IMG/VR virus record: IMGVR_UViG_3300050821_010639
Location: 64,001-128,000 of that record
Source: a virus
Length of the DNA stretch: 64,000 bases
Reading direction: 5' to 3' (one strand)
A model generated the notes under the pieces. The model worked only from the letters and a program-made list of their open reading frames with translations. It was not told where the DNA came from and made no database searches. Positions within the stretch are counted from its first letter, which is position 1. The number at the start of each line of letters is the position of its first letter. The translations under genes and the position numbers were made by a program. Positions 20,051 through 30,348 of the stretch are shown here, piece after piece.

Positions 20051-20159
20051 TCGTGCCTGCCCTTCATCGGAGCTTGTGGTTCAAGGGTACCCGATAGCTT
20101 GACTTGAGTCAAGACATAAACGAGGCGCGCACCCGGGGAAGGTGCGCGCCTCGCGGGGC

Positions 20160-20348
20160 CTACTCAGCCGCAAGCAGCTCCGGCCGGAAGGCAGCGCGGA
20201 CCTTGGCGTCCAGCGCCTCCCACAGCTCAGGGGTGAGCATGAGGTCGGTCAGCCCCAGGTCCAGGCGCACCGCGCCCGAGCGGTCGCCCACGACGCCGAT
20301 CCGGCGCCCGTAGGTGTCGAAAACCTCTCCGCCCTTGGTGTCGTTCAT
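20160..20348 (-). CDS. Small hypothetical protein
   Basis: Leader box 20350, promoter 20402, terminator 20121-20153. Confidence 0.6.
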   Translation of the reverse strand: MNDTKGGEVFDTYGRRIGVVGDRSGAVRLDLGLTDLMLTPELWEALDAKVRAAFRPELLAAE

Positions 20349-20418
20349 GTGCCTGCCCTTCAGCCGGGGATTCTTGCCTACCCCTCAACTGTACTGCTCA
20401 GCTTGACTTGAGTCAAGT

Positions 20419-20661
20419 CTATCGGCTGGATCTTCCCTTGGTCCTCGTCGCCCTGGCCGCGCCACGCTCAGCCCGGCTGGTCACGACCGACACCACGCGC
20501 CGGGCCAGGTCCGCCGCGGGCTCCGCGCGGCTCACGTCCACGCGCACGCCCTTCGACCAGGCCACAGCCTCAAGGTCCGAGCGCCGCAGGCCAGCCAGGC
20601 GCTCAGTCGCCCGGTCCTTGCCCACAAGGCGGATAGCGGCTAGTACCTCGTCGTCTGTCAT
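20419..20661 (-). CDS. Small hypothetical protein
   Basis: Variant leader box, promoter 20714. Confidence 0.5.
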   Translation of the reverse strand: MTDDEVLAAIRLVGKDRATERLAGLRRSDLEAVAWSKGVRVDVSRAEPAADLARRVVSVVTSRAERGAARATRTKGRSSR

Positions 20662-20817
20662 GGCGTGCCTGACCTTTGCTTGACTGCTGTTAAGCATCAG
20701 GCTAGGCCAGGCTCTTGACTCGTGTCAAGACATGACGAGAGGCCTTGCGGACGGGGGCACCGCAAGGCCTCTCGGGGAATTACGCGGGCGCCTGGGGCGG
20801 GCGCCGCGCCTCCAGTA

Positions 20818-21057
20818 TCACACAGGTCTGCGGTGACGGCCAGCCGGCTGCCAGTCCACCTCGCTGCCGGCCACCAGGGCCTCCCCGACGTAGACCGCGG
20901 CCGGCGTGTCCCCGGCCAGGTGAACCTTCACCACGAGCACGCCGTCCTCATTCAGCTCCGCGCAGACCTTGGAGCCCTCGACGTCCAGGCAGGGGCGCGG
21001 TTCGCCAGCCTCGCTCACGGCCTGCACCGCATCGGCTGACTCGGTAGCGGCGTTCAT
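20818..21057 (-). CDS. Hypothetical protein (paralog of 10663..10989)
   Basis: SD GGGGAG; degenerate promoter 21105. Confidence 0.55.
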   Translation of the reverse strand: MNAATESADAVQAVSEAGEPRPCLDVEGSKVCAELNEDGVLVVKVHLAGDTPAAVYVGEALVAGSEVDWQPAGRHRRPV

Positions 21058-22996
21058 GGCGCTCTCCCCTCTCGGGTTACCCCGGGGTAACCCTAACCGG
21101 TCCGCTTGACTTACGTAAAGCGAAACGGGCCAACATGATGGCGGAAAGTGGGGGAAACTGGGCACTTGCTGGTCCAGGCGTCATCGTCCCAGGTGAGCCG
21201 CGGGCACGAGCAGTCCTCTCCCGGGCGCATCGGGCAATAGCACCCGGTCCCCGGGTGCTCCTTCCAGCCGGGACGCCGGTCTGCCCTCGGCACCAGCGAC
21301 CGCAGCCGCTCGCCGTCGACCACCAGGCGCGCACCGCAGTAGCGGCAGGGCAGCAGCTCCGGGTCCGGCTCGCCCGCCATCGCCTCGCACGGGCTGAGTC
21401 CCGCGCTGTGCACCCAGTAGCCCCAGATCCCCTGCCAGAACATGTCACGGTGGTGAGCCAGGCAGCAGGCCAGCGTCCCGGCCCAGGGCCCGCGCGGGGT
21501 GTACGCCCGCGCGGCCTCAGCCTCGGCCTGGGATACCCGGTCGTACCCGGTCACCGGCGCGGCCACCAGAGCAGAACCAGCCCGATGACCGAGAGCGCCA
21601 GAGTAGCCGTGCCGGCGACCGCAGCCGGCTTGTACGGCGCCCACAGACCAGTCGTCAGCGCCAGCAGCCAGATGACGACCCCGAGCCAGTTGGTCCGGCT
21701 CACGGGTAACCGCACCTCCGGCCAGGTCGCGTAGCTCCGGCCGCGCACCGAGCCGTCCGGCCTGGTAGCCGCCGCGTTGGCGAACAGGTGCCCGTGCTCG
21801 CGCCACCAGGAGGTAAGCGCCGCGTACTCGGACGCGTCCCAGGCCAGCATCGCGGCGCGCGCGGCCAGGGCGTCCGCTGACGGCCCGCGCAGGCGGCCTA
21901 GCGCCTCCTTGCGCCTGCGCTGGTACTCCGCCTGCTGCGCCCGGCGGTAGCGCTCACGGACGACGGAGCGACGCTGAGGGTGGCAGTAGTCCGGCAACGG
22001 CGTGCCGACGGCCCGGACCAGTACCCGGCTCGCGTACCACTCCCTCGGCTTCCGCACCCAGGCAAATTTAGCGCTCAGGGCAGTACAGGGCTGCCCCTTG
22101 ACCGCCTTGCACTCCGGGCAGTCTTCCGTCTGCCCCTGCTCGGTGGTGATGGGGCCGCCGACGTCGTGCGCGTCAGAGTAGATCACCGGGCTCACCGCGT
22201 CTCCAGCCAGGTCGCCGGCCACCAGGACGCGCAGCCGTCGTCCAGCTCCACGAACACGCTCGCGCCGTCAAGGCTGATGAACCAGGGCACCAGGCCCGGC
22301 TGCGGTACCCACCGGGCGTAGCTCTCCGGCTCGCCAGCGGCCACGGCCCCGCGCTGGCCGCGCCGCCAGTAAACCCGCCGACCGAGCCATACCGGCGTGC
22401 CGGGCTGGAACCGCTGCTCAAGGGCCGGCAGCAGGTCACGGGTAAACGGGCCCTCCTCCCAGCCGCCCAGCTCAGCGACCGCCGCGGAGAGGTCCGCAGC
22501 CTCGGCCTGGTCGAAGCCGGACGACGCCACCTCGCGCCTCTGGTAGACCGTCACCACGGCCAGCGTGCCGGTCATGACTTGCCCGGCGTGGCCTGAACCA
22601 CCTGGTCAACGGTCACCGTGACCGCCTTGCTCCCGCGCAGCAGCCGTAGCTTGTTCGGCTTGCGCGGCACCCGGGGGTCAGGACTCTGCTCCACCGAGAT
22701 GGTGCGGATGACCTGCCACCTCCTGAGCTGGTAGATCACCTCATCGTTGACCGCGATGCGGCCGGGCGCCCCGCTCACGCGTACTCCTCAGTGCACCGGC
22801 CGGCCCGGTGCTGGTACCCGGCCCAGAACTCGCCGTCAATGAGCGCGGCAGTAGCCCAGGCCGGGGAGCCGGCAGGGATCTCGCCGTTGCAGTCGGTGCA
22901 ACGGTGCGCCTTACGCGTCGCCTGCACCTGACGGCGACTCAGGGCGACGAACGTGATTTCCGGCTCGGGGCGACAACAGGTGTCGTAACAGTGCAT

Positions 22997-23437
22997 TTAG
23001 TCCTCCTCGCACGGGTAGCAGATGACGCACGTGCGCATGACGTCCCCGGGCCGGCAGCCCCCCTCGGGGTACCGTGCGCGGTGCAAGGCCGCGCCCTCCT
23101 CGCGCCAGTTCTCGCCAGGCTGCGCGAGGCCCGGACGGCAGCGTGCCCAGTCCGCTTGCACCTGCTCGGCGCTGCGGTCGAACAGGGTCAGCCCGAACTG
23201 CTCGATGTGGCGGAGCCAGCTCAGCCTGACGCGCTCGCGCCCGGCCGGGCTGTAGTCGTGGCCCAGGGGGCCGATGTCGCCGGCGCTGACCCCGCCGGCC
23301 AGGCAGACCGCAGCGCGGAGGTCCGCCATCGTGGTCTGCTGGTCGGCGTCCGCTACCGGGTCACCCGTCCGCGGCCGGGCTGCGAACATGAGCCGCAGGT
23401 TGGCGTGCATCTGGAGGCTGCCGGGTGCCGCGGTCAC
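22997..23437 (-). CDS. Hypothetical protein
   Basis: Coupled to 23434..23850. Confidence 0.5.
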   Translation of the reverse strand: MTAAPGSLQMHANLRLMFAARPRTGDPVADADQQTTMADLRAAVCLAGGVSAGDIGPLGHDYSPAGRERVRLSWLRHIEQFGLTLFDRSAEQVQADWARCRPGLAQPGENWREEGAALHRARYPEGGCRPGDVMRTCVICYPCEED

Positions 23438-23850
23438 TCGAAGCTCACTGTCTGCCCGGCCAGCGCCAGCGCCCGCTCGTAGCTGCCAGCGTCGAAGATG
23501 GCCTGACGGAACTCGCGAAGCTCGGCCAGCGGGACGGCCCGAGCGCGCATCGCACCCAGCGTCACGGACAACAGGACTGCGGTGTCGCCGTCATGCAGCG
23601 ACGCGCGCTTCACCCGGACGTCCGGGTAGCGGACGGGCTCGCCAGGGCCGAACTCGGTGGCCAGCACGTCGGCGACCATCTGCTCGTGGTACTCGGCAAC
23701 GTCAACCGGCACGATAGCAGCGATGCGCTTGCCGCTGCTGGCCAGCCAGGTCTTGCGGTCCTGGGCACCGGCCAGGTCGGCCGCGTCCTGCACTTCTTCG
23801 GCCAGCTCCTCGTCGTTCCTGACGTCCAGCTCGATCGTCTTCTCGTCCAT
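23434..23850 (-). CDS. Protein with Phd/YefM-like N-terminus and a conserved phage C-terminal domain
   Basis: TWLASSGKRIAAIVPVD is Phd-like; both leader boxes, promoter 23896. Confidence 0.5.
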   Translation of the reverse strand: MDEKTIELDVRNDEELAEEVQDAADLAGAQDRKTWLASSGKRIAAIVPVDVAEYHEQMVADVLATEFGPGEPVRYPDVRVKRASLHDGDTAVLLSVTLGAMRARAVPLAELREFRQAIFDAGSYERALALAGQTVSFE

Positions 23851-23917
23851 GTGCCTGCCCTTCGGTTGGTTGCCTGGTTACAGGGTAGCCTAATGCTTGA
23901 CTTGAGTCAAGACACGC

Positions 23918-24465
23918 CAAAGCCCCGCGGGCAGGGCAGGCAACCGAGATCCGCGGGGCTTCAACGAGAGGGGGAGCCACCGTCTACACACGGCTCAGGA
24001 GAACCCTCGCTAAGCGACAGGCAGGCCAGCTGGCCTGCCTGTCACGCTCTTGAGTTGTACGCGGGTGCCGGGAGCGGACCAGCCCGTCGACTGGAACCTC
24101 CCGGCCCCCACTTCGCTCCGTGTGGGGTGCACCTAAAGCCGCAGGGAGCGCGTCCGCGACCTTCCACACTTGCTCCCGGGCCAGGGGTTTCACTGGTCCG
24201 TAGCGGTGTTGCAGGCCGCCAATGTCCGTACGCTGCCCCGAGGGGCCCGTACTAGCTTGGGCTTAGGTCAAGCTCACGCGTTCGCCAGGTACTCGACCTG
24301 GCCCGGGAAGTCTCTGTTGAGTTATATCCGGCTTACCCTGCCCTTGTGAGTGAGGCCCTGGGCGGGAGGGGCTGCGACTCGCGCTGTAGCCGGTGCTGCT
24401 ACCTTTCTGGGCGCTCCTGGCCGGTCCTCCTCTTGCCTGCTCGCTGACCTTCCGGCCTCGCTCAC
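23918..24465 (-). ncRNA. Putative large (~550 nt) structured non-coding RNA with an anti-leader terminal loop
   Basis: Own promoter TTGACA-18-TATCCT (24501-24472); helices 24454-65/24346-57, 24297-308/24174-85, 24312-20/23961-70, 24067-74/24098-105, 28-bp palindrome 24016-43, terminal hairpin 23920-61 followed by UUU. Confidence 0.7.
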
Positions 24466-25057
24466 ATTCAAAGGATAAGGGATCGACTTGACTCGTGTCA
24501 AGTGATCTCCGGTATTTCCTCTCCGCCAGGCTGACCAGGGCCGGAGCCGGGCCGGTAACGCGCTCCTGGGGCCCGCGCTCGCGCTGCCACGCCACGGCCA
24601 GGCCCAGCCGGGCCCGCCAAGCGAGCGCGGACACCGCGTTGGGGCTCATGCCGGAGGTTCGCGCCAGCTCGGCCGGCGTGCGCCCCTCCACCTCGGTCTG
24701 CCACAGCACCGCGCGCCAGCGGGGCGGCAGCGAGTCGAACGCGCGACGGGTCATCCGCTGCTCCTCGGCCGCGGTCGCCAGGTCCCCGGCGCCCGGCACG
24801 CGCACCATGCGAGGATCGAGCGGCACGGGGTCGATGCGCCTGCGCTCGGCCAGCCAGTCGCGTGCCAGGTTGCGCACCGCGGCCAGCAGGTAGGGCCGGA
24901 ACGCGCCGTCGGGGCCGTGGCCGGCCCGCTGCCTGGCCAGCACCCGGGTGAACGCCTCCGCCACGATGTCATCGGCCGCGTGCGCGGGCACCAGGGCCAG
25001 GGCCACGCGGCGCGCGGCGCTCCGGTGCTCGGCGTACAGGTCGGCGAACTCGGGCAT
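24263..25057 (-). CDS. ECF-type RNA polymerase sigma factor
   Basis: Region 2 (ADDIVAEAFTRVL, FRPYLLAAVRNLARD) and region 4 (LPPRWRAVLW...TPAELARTSGMSPNAVSALAWRAR); the tail beyond about 24500 runs into the ncRNA. Confidence 0.85.
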   Translation of the reverse strand: MPEFADLYAEHRSAARRVALALVPAHAADDIVAEAFTRVLARQRAGHGPDGAFRPYLLAAVRNLARDWLAERRRIDPVPLDPRMVRVPGAGDLATAAEEQRMTRRAFDSLPPRWRAVLWQTEVEGRTPAELARTSGMSPNAVSALAWRARLGLAVAWQRERGPQERVTGPAPALVSLAERKYRRSLDTSQVDPLSFECERGRKVSEQARGGPARSAQKGSSTGYSASRSPSRPGPHSQGQGKPDITQQRLPGPGRVPGERVSLT

Positions 25058-26130
25058 GGCGGCATGCTAATGGCCCCCGGCGCGATGCCGGGGGCCATTT
25101 CGCTTAGCGCGCTACTACTGGCCCGAGAGACCGTTGAGTACGTCCTCGAAAGGCCGCGGCTGCGCTCGGGCCAGCGGTAGCTCCAGGGCCTCGCGCAGCT
25201 CGCAGACCAGCATCTCCGCCACCCGGCGGCGCGAGCGCAACTCGGGAAAAGGGATCTCGTCCAGGTGAGCCTCAGCGATGGTAAGCACCCGGGCGAACGC
25301 CTCGCGCTCGGGCTCGCTCAGGTCCAGCAGGACCAGCGGGTTCGGGGGGTTGTAGCCGATGCGCTTGATCATTTCTGCCCTGCTTTCCCGCGGCGGCCCG
25401 GCCGCACGTAGTCCTTGTAGCGATATTGGGCTGCTATGGCCGTCAGCGGCGGCTCACCGCGGCACCCGGGGATGTTCTCCTCACTCCACGCCGCCGTGTT
25501 CAGGTTGAGGTCGTAGACGACACCGGGCTTATCCGCGTGCATGGGAAGCTTTGCCTCCACCAGCAGCGGGGTGCTCTCCAGGTAGAGGCCGGTACAGGCG
25601 CTGCACAGCCGGTCGCCGCTGCACGCCGTCAGGCCGTCGAACCTGACGGCGTTGTGCTCGTACGGGACGCCCGGCTTACCGCACCACGAGCACGCCGGCT
25701 GGCGCGCGTGCTCGGCGTCGGCGTACGCCTGGATGCCTGCGGTGAGGTCGCTCACGTCAGGCATCCTTGCGCAGGTTAGGGAAGTCGTACTTGCCGAAGT
25801 CCGAGCCGTCCGCCGGCCAGCCGCGCGGTGCCACGCCGAACCCGCCGTCGAAGTCAGCCTCCCCGCTCGCACGGGGGCGGTCTTCGAGAATGCTCTGCGC
25901 GACAGCGGCCTTAGCGCCGGACTGCCCGTAGAAGTAGCCGCTCCAGAAGTGCGCGAACGCCTTGTCCGGGCCATCTAGCCCGCTGTCGCGAATGCCCTCC
26001 ACCATCTGTGCAACCGAGCGCTGGTCGGACGGGTCGAACTTGACGATCTCGCGCTCGGTGCCTTCCTCAAACAGGATGACCCATCGGCCGATCTGCTGGA
26101 TAAGGAACCGCCCGCTCGGAAGTCGCGCCA

Positions 26131-26772
26131 TCATGCCACCGGCCCCGGGTAGAAGCCCTTGAGCATCTTGTGCGTGTCCGGAATGCGGTCGCGAAACGCC
26201 GGCGGGATGGCACCGCCGAACCACATGTTGGTCGACACCAGCACCGGGCCGCCGTCCAGTGGCTGAAACTCGAACCGGTACCCGCCGAACCCGCGCATGC
26301 CCTTCGCGGCCTCGTCGCCGACGCTGAACCAGCAGTGGTTCTCGATGACCACGCCCTCCCGGCCCTTCGCCAGCTCGGCGATGTGCTTCTCCCAGCGGGC
26401 ATCGTCGTTGTCGGTCCACGGCCCGCTCACCCTGACCGAGATGCACTGCGACGCCGGCAGGCCCGGCTGAGCGTAAGCCTGCACGTGCCAGACACTCGCC
26501 GACCCGTTCGGGTGCCAGCGGTGCACGATGGCCGAGCACCCCCGGCCATCGGCGCGGAACAGGCCCAGGGTCACCGACCCGGCCACCGTGCCGTCCATCG
26601 GCACGAGCTTGTCGCACTCGGCCTGTACCGCCTCCTCCAGCGCGCGGGCCTGCGCGACGGCCAGGACCCCGGCCGACAGCCCGGTACCGCCGCCGTGCGA
26701 GCGCGGCTCGGCGTCTTTCGCGGCCTGCACGGCCTTCCACAGGTCACTGCCCTCGTCACAGCGAACGATCAT
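26131..26772 (-). CDS. Hypothetical protein
   Basis: Coupled ORF in the minus-strand operon. Confidence 0.55.
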   Translation of the reverse strand: MIVRCDEGSDLWKAVQAAKDAEPRSHGGGTGLSAGVLAVAQARALEEAVQAECDKLVPMDGTVAGSVTLGLFRADGRGCSAIVHRWHPNGSASVWHVQAYAQPGLPASQCISVRVSGPWTDNDDARWEKHIAELAKGREGVVIENHCWFSVGDEAAKGMRGFGGYRFEFQPLDGGPVLVSTNMWFGGAIPPAFRDRIPDTHKMLKGFYPGPVA

Positions 26773-27107
26773 GACCTGGCCAGCCTGTTCAGCCGGTCGA
26801 TCTCGGCCGCCAGCAGAGCACCCGCCTCGCGCGGGCCCTCCTCGTCAGACCCGATGTCCGCGGTGCCCTGCTGGCGGCCGACCTTGACCCGGGCGAGCAG
26901 GAGGCTCGCCATGCTGGCCAGGTCGGCCGTAGCCGTGAACCCGTCATCGTGCTCAGGGGTATAGTTCAGCTGCTCGATCTGCCGACGGCGCTCGCGGATG
27001 ACCTCCGCCACTCCGTCCACCGCGCCAGCCTGGTGGAGGTAGGCGATGTCACCCCAGATGGCTTTCAGCGCCTCCACCTGCAAGATATAGTCCGGTACCT
27101 GGCTCAT
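26769..27107 (-). CDS. Conserved phage hypothetical protein
   Basis: ERRRQIEQ..YTPEHDD ... AGALLAAEIDRL pattern common in phages. Confidence 0.6.
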   Translation of the reverse strand: MSQVPDYILQVEALKAIWGDIAYLHQAGAVDGVAEVIRERRRQIEQLNYTPEHDDGFTATADLASMASLLLARVKVGRQQGTADIGSDEEGPREAGALLAAEIDRLNRLARS

Positions 27108-27334
27108 GACCTGCTCCTCTTCCGGGTAACCCGAGTCGGCTTGTTCTCCTCGTACCTGCGGATCTGAGACCTGAAGTTGCGGTACCCCCGGCCGCCCTCG
27201 CCGCTGCCCGAGGTCGTGGTGACCAGCGTGCTGCCGTACCAGACTTCGATATGGCCCTGGCCGTCCCTCTGCTCAGGCACCGTGTAACCGCGCTTCCTGA
27301 GCCGTCGGAGGTAGCCGTCGGTGGCGCTGGCCAT
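27104..27334 (-). CDS. HicA-like toxin / mRNA interferase
   Basis: LRKRGYTV...GH.EV... R...NFRSQIRR pattern of actinophage HicA-like proteins. Confidence 0.55.
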   Translation of the reverse strand: MASATDGYLRRLRKRGYTVPEQRDGQGHIEVWYGSTLVTTTSGSGEGGRGYRNFRSQIRRYEENKPTRVTRKRSRS

Positions 27335-27544
27335 TACGGGCCTGCCAGGGCGGCACGCAGCTTGCCCAGCTGCGCCAGCGCCTCGTCAACGTCGGCCAGC
27401 GCGTCCGCCCGTGCGGAAAGCTCCCGGGTGGCGAGCATCCGGTAGGCGGCCTGCGCGTGCGCGTACACCCCTGACCAGGCTGTCATCGCGTCGCGGGCCT
27501 CGTCTCCGGACAGCGGGCCGTCCGGGCCGACGGTCCGGGGCCGG

Positions 27545-28153
27545 CTAACCACCGTGCTTCGCCTGGTTGTGCTCCCGGGCCCGATTGATAACGACGTCCA
27601 GACTCGGGTGGTAACCGATCTCGAAGTAAGCCCGGAGGTTCGCTGCTGCGCACTTGTGGCAGTGCAGTGCGGTCGTGCCCCGGTCAGGAATGACGGTGAA
27701 CTGGCCGCTGAACTCCGACAGCGGCAGCCCTGCGGGCTCGCGGATGTCATCGACGCCGTGCCAGTACATCCGCTCCGCCACCCGCCAAAGCAGGTCATAC
27801 AGGTTGTCACCACTGATGGTGACGTTCTCAGCCGTCGTGAGCGGCCGGTCCTCGTCGTCGTACTCGGTGTCACGGATGCGCGGGTCCACCTCGTTGTCGA
27901 CCAGCCAGCGCTTCAGCCGCGCCATGGTCGACTCGCCTTGCGGGTAGTCGCGGTCATCAGCCGCGCGGGCCTGCTCGCGCTCGCTCGGCCGGGTGTCCTG
28001 GTCAAGCAGGAACGGCACGCCGCGCGTCATGTAGTGGCGGAAAAACTGGTCCCAGCCGTCGTGCGCAGTGTCGCTCCACACCTCCCGGCCGTCGACCTCA
28101 ACGGCGATGCCGTCGGTCCCCTCGTCCCAGGTGATGAACTTGATCGTCTTCAA
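27545..28153 (-). CDS. Hypothetical protein
   Basis: 202-aa ORF of normal composition. Confidence 0.55.
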   Translation of the reverse strand: MKTIKFITWDEGTDGIAVEVDGREVWSDTAHDGWDQFFRHYMTRGVPFLLDQDTRPSEREQARAADDRDYPQGESTMARLKRWLVDNEVDPRIRDTEYDDEDRPLTTAENVTISGDNLYDLLWRVAERMYWHGVDDIREPAGLPLSEFSGQFTVIPDRGTTALHCHKCAAANLRAYFEIGYHPSLDVVINRAREHNQAKHGG

Positions 28154-28959
28154 CGTGCCCGCCCCTCGTCGCCTGTGCCTGCTTGCGGGTCAGCTAGCCC
28201 CGCAGCCGCGGGGCTGCGCCCCCAGGCCTCCCGGGCCGCGTCGTTCCCGTAAATGACGTGAAACACCTGGTCCTTGCGCCGTCGCCGTTCGGTCTTGTCG
28301 GGAGCGGCACTGATGTACGCCGCTGCCTTGCGGTACGCGGCGTCACTCGCCTCGCTCATGAGCCCGCCCTTCTAGTTGCGCGCGCAGTCCGGCCAGCCGG
28401 ACGCGCCTACCCCTGTTACGTGCTGGCCCGCCGGGCAGAACACGGTGGGCGGGGTGAAGATCGCGGGCACGGCGTCGTGGTGCCTCAGGTGCCCGGCCAC
28501 GGTAGCGGCGATCATGAAAAAGGCGACCCCCGCGACCACGGTCACCAGGGCAATCACCACAGCCGACCTCATGACTCGCCTTCAATCACCAGGTCGTTGT
28601 CGGTCTGGTCGGCGCCGAAGCGCGGGATGCCCGGCTCAGCGCCGGACCCGATGATGACGCCGTTGGCCGCGCGCCGCTCGCCAGGCCGCAGTTCGATGTT
28701 CAGGGTCTTGTCTCCCGGTGCCTGTGTCACGGCCACAGCTTACGCAGTGTCTTGACTAGAGTCAAGTAATCAGACATTTTCGGCGGGCCGCCGACCGTCC
28801 GCAGCCAGAGGAAGACGCCAGCCGCGCCGTTCGCGAACCCGAAGGCCACAATGCCGAACGGGAGCCACCAGCCCTCCAGGCCGGTCCAGAGCATGAGCCA
28901 GAAGCCGACGCTCATGCTGAAAAAGCACATGATGACCCAGGGGTGGCGCTGCACGGGGT

Positions 28960-29433
28960 TCATCCGAGAGTCCCCTCACCGCTAGCGAAGATGCCGTCCG
29001 CGGCCTCGCGCACGGTGGACAGCGTGAAGTCGTGCGCCGGGAGCACGCCGGTCAGGAACCGCGCTGCCACGTCAAGCGGGTCAGGCTCCGCCGGCGGGTC
29101 CGGCAGCTCGGGCGCGTCCAGCTCGGGCCACCACTCGGCCACGCTGCTGCCGTCCTCCCACCAGGTGACCTCTTCCGAGCGCTGCACCTCCACGGAGGCG
29201 CCGAGCCACGTCAGCATCAGAGCCCGGCTGTACGCGCCCGACGCTGACAGGTACAGGTGGTTGCGCGGCCAGCGGAACCCCCGCTTGCGCAGCGCGTTGC
29301 GCCGCTTGCGGTCCTTGACCGCGGCGAGCACCTGGGGCCAGGCCTCCGGTACCCACCCGGGCTCACCTGACCCGGGCGGGTAGAGGACGTTCAGCCGGTA
29401 GACGTGGACAGGGCGCTCAGGCATCGTCCGCAC
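28960..29433 (-). CDS. Hypothetical protein
   Basis: Coupled ORF. Confidence 0.5.
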   Translation of the reverse strand: MRTMPERPVHVYRLNVLYPPGSGEPGWVPEAWPQVLAAVKDRKRRNALRKRGFRWPRNHLYLSASGAYSRALMLTWLGASVEVQRSEEVTWWEDGSSVAEWWPELDAPELPDPPAEPDPLDVAARFLTGVLPAHDFTLSTVREAADGIFASGEGTLG

Positions 29434-29655
29434 CCGCCAGCAGCTCAGGCTCCAGCGACCAGAACAGGACGGTGACCGGCTCGCCGGGGGCGATGCCCAG
29501 GTGCTGCTGGACTACGGCCAGGGCCGACTTGAAGGCTGAGGCGCGCGTCTTCGCCCGGCCAGCCTGCTCAGCGGTCATGGTGCCCTCAACCGTCTGCGCA
29601 GTGAGTGTGCCGAAGCCCAGCTTGTTCCACTGCACGGTCATGACCCAGAACCAGT

Positions 29656-30348
29656 TCACCGGTCCGCGCCCCCGTCGGTGATGGCGCGGGTGATCGCGTC
29701 CGGCTCAAGGCCGGCCCGCTCGGCCATCCGGGTAACCATGGCCTCAAGGTCGTTGCGGGACTGCTCCACCACGGTCTCGGCGTGCTCGTCCAGCTTCCTG
29801 GTCGCGAACTCCACGTTGGGCACGGCGTTGGCGATGGCGGCCCGCAAGTCGGACAGCCGGGCCTTCCGCTCTGCGGCCGGAGCCGGGGGCTTGGCGTTCA
29901 GCGCAGCCTCGTAAGCAGCCTCAGCAGTCTGGATCTTGGCAAACGCGTCGTGCGCTGCAGCCCGCACCTCGTCGTGGGTGAGCGAGAACCGGGGAGCGGG
30001 GCGGAGGCCAGGCCGGTCGCCCGGCTCCTGCGTGCCGGTCGCGGTCCACTCGATCGTGCAGGGAACGCCGTCGCCCTGGCCGGTACTGGCCACGAACGAG
30101 GCGAACTGCGCCATCGACAGGCTGATTTCGCAGACCATCCGCTCCTGGTACACGCGGTCAGTGTGCAGGTCGCGCTTGCGGGTAGCCTCGTGGACCGTGA
30201 CCCGCATGTACTCCGGGTGCCGGACATCGGACTGGAACAGCACCGCACCCGGGGTAGAGCTGATCCGGTGAAGGCTGACCAGCCCGAACGCCGGGTGGGT
30301 TTCGTCCCCGTTCTCGCCGGTCGTGGAGTCCTCGTACTGCTTAGGCAT
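29656..30348 (-). CDS. Conserved phage hypothetical protein
   Basis: ETHPAFG...LFQSD.RH...SMAQFASFVAS..G.GVPCT pattern. Confidence 0.65.
   Translation of the reverse strand: MPKQYEDSTTGENGDETHPAFGLVSLHRISSTPGAVLFQSDVRHPEYMRVTVHEATRKRDLHTDRVYQERMVCEISLSMAQFASFVASTGQGDGVPCTIEWTATGTQEPGDRPGLRPAPRFSLTHDEVRAAAHDAFAKIQTAEAAYEAALNAKPPAPAAERKARLSDLRAAIANAVPNVEFATRKLDEHAETVVEQSRNDLEAMVTRMAERAGLEPDAITRAITDGGADR

Noticed and set aside
3583-20697. Shared peptide motif LDSSQ / LTQVK / LDLSQ in many ORFs
   Set aside because: It is the translation of the DNA palindrome in over-extended or spurious ORFs, not a protein domain.
23972-23997. GAGCCGTGTG... as group II intron domain V
   Set aside because: The hairpin is too short and lacks the GNRA loop and bulge; no reverse transcriptase nearby.
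24321-24340. ATCCGGCTTAC resembling the RNase P RNA P4 3' strand
   Set aside because: No matching GAGGAAAGUCC 5' strand at a suitable distance, and it lies opposite to the promoter direction.
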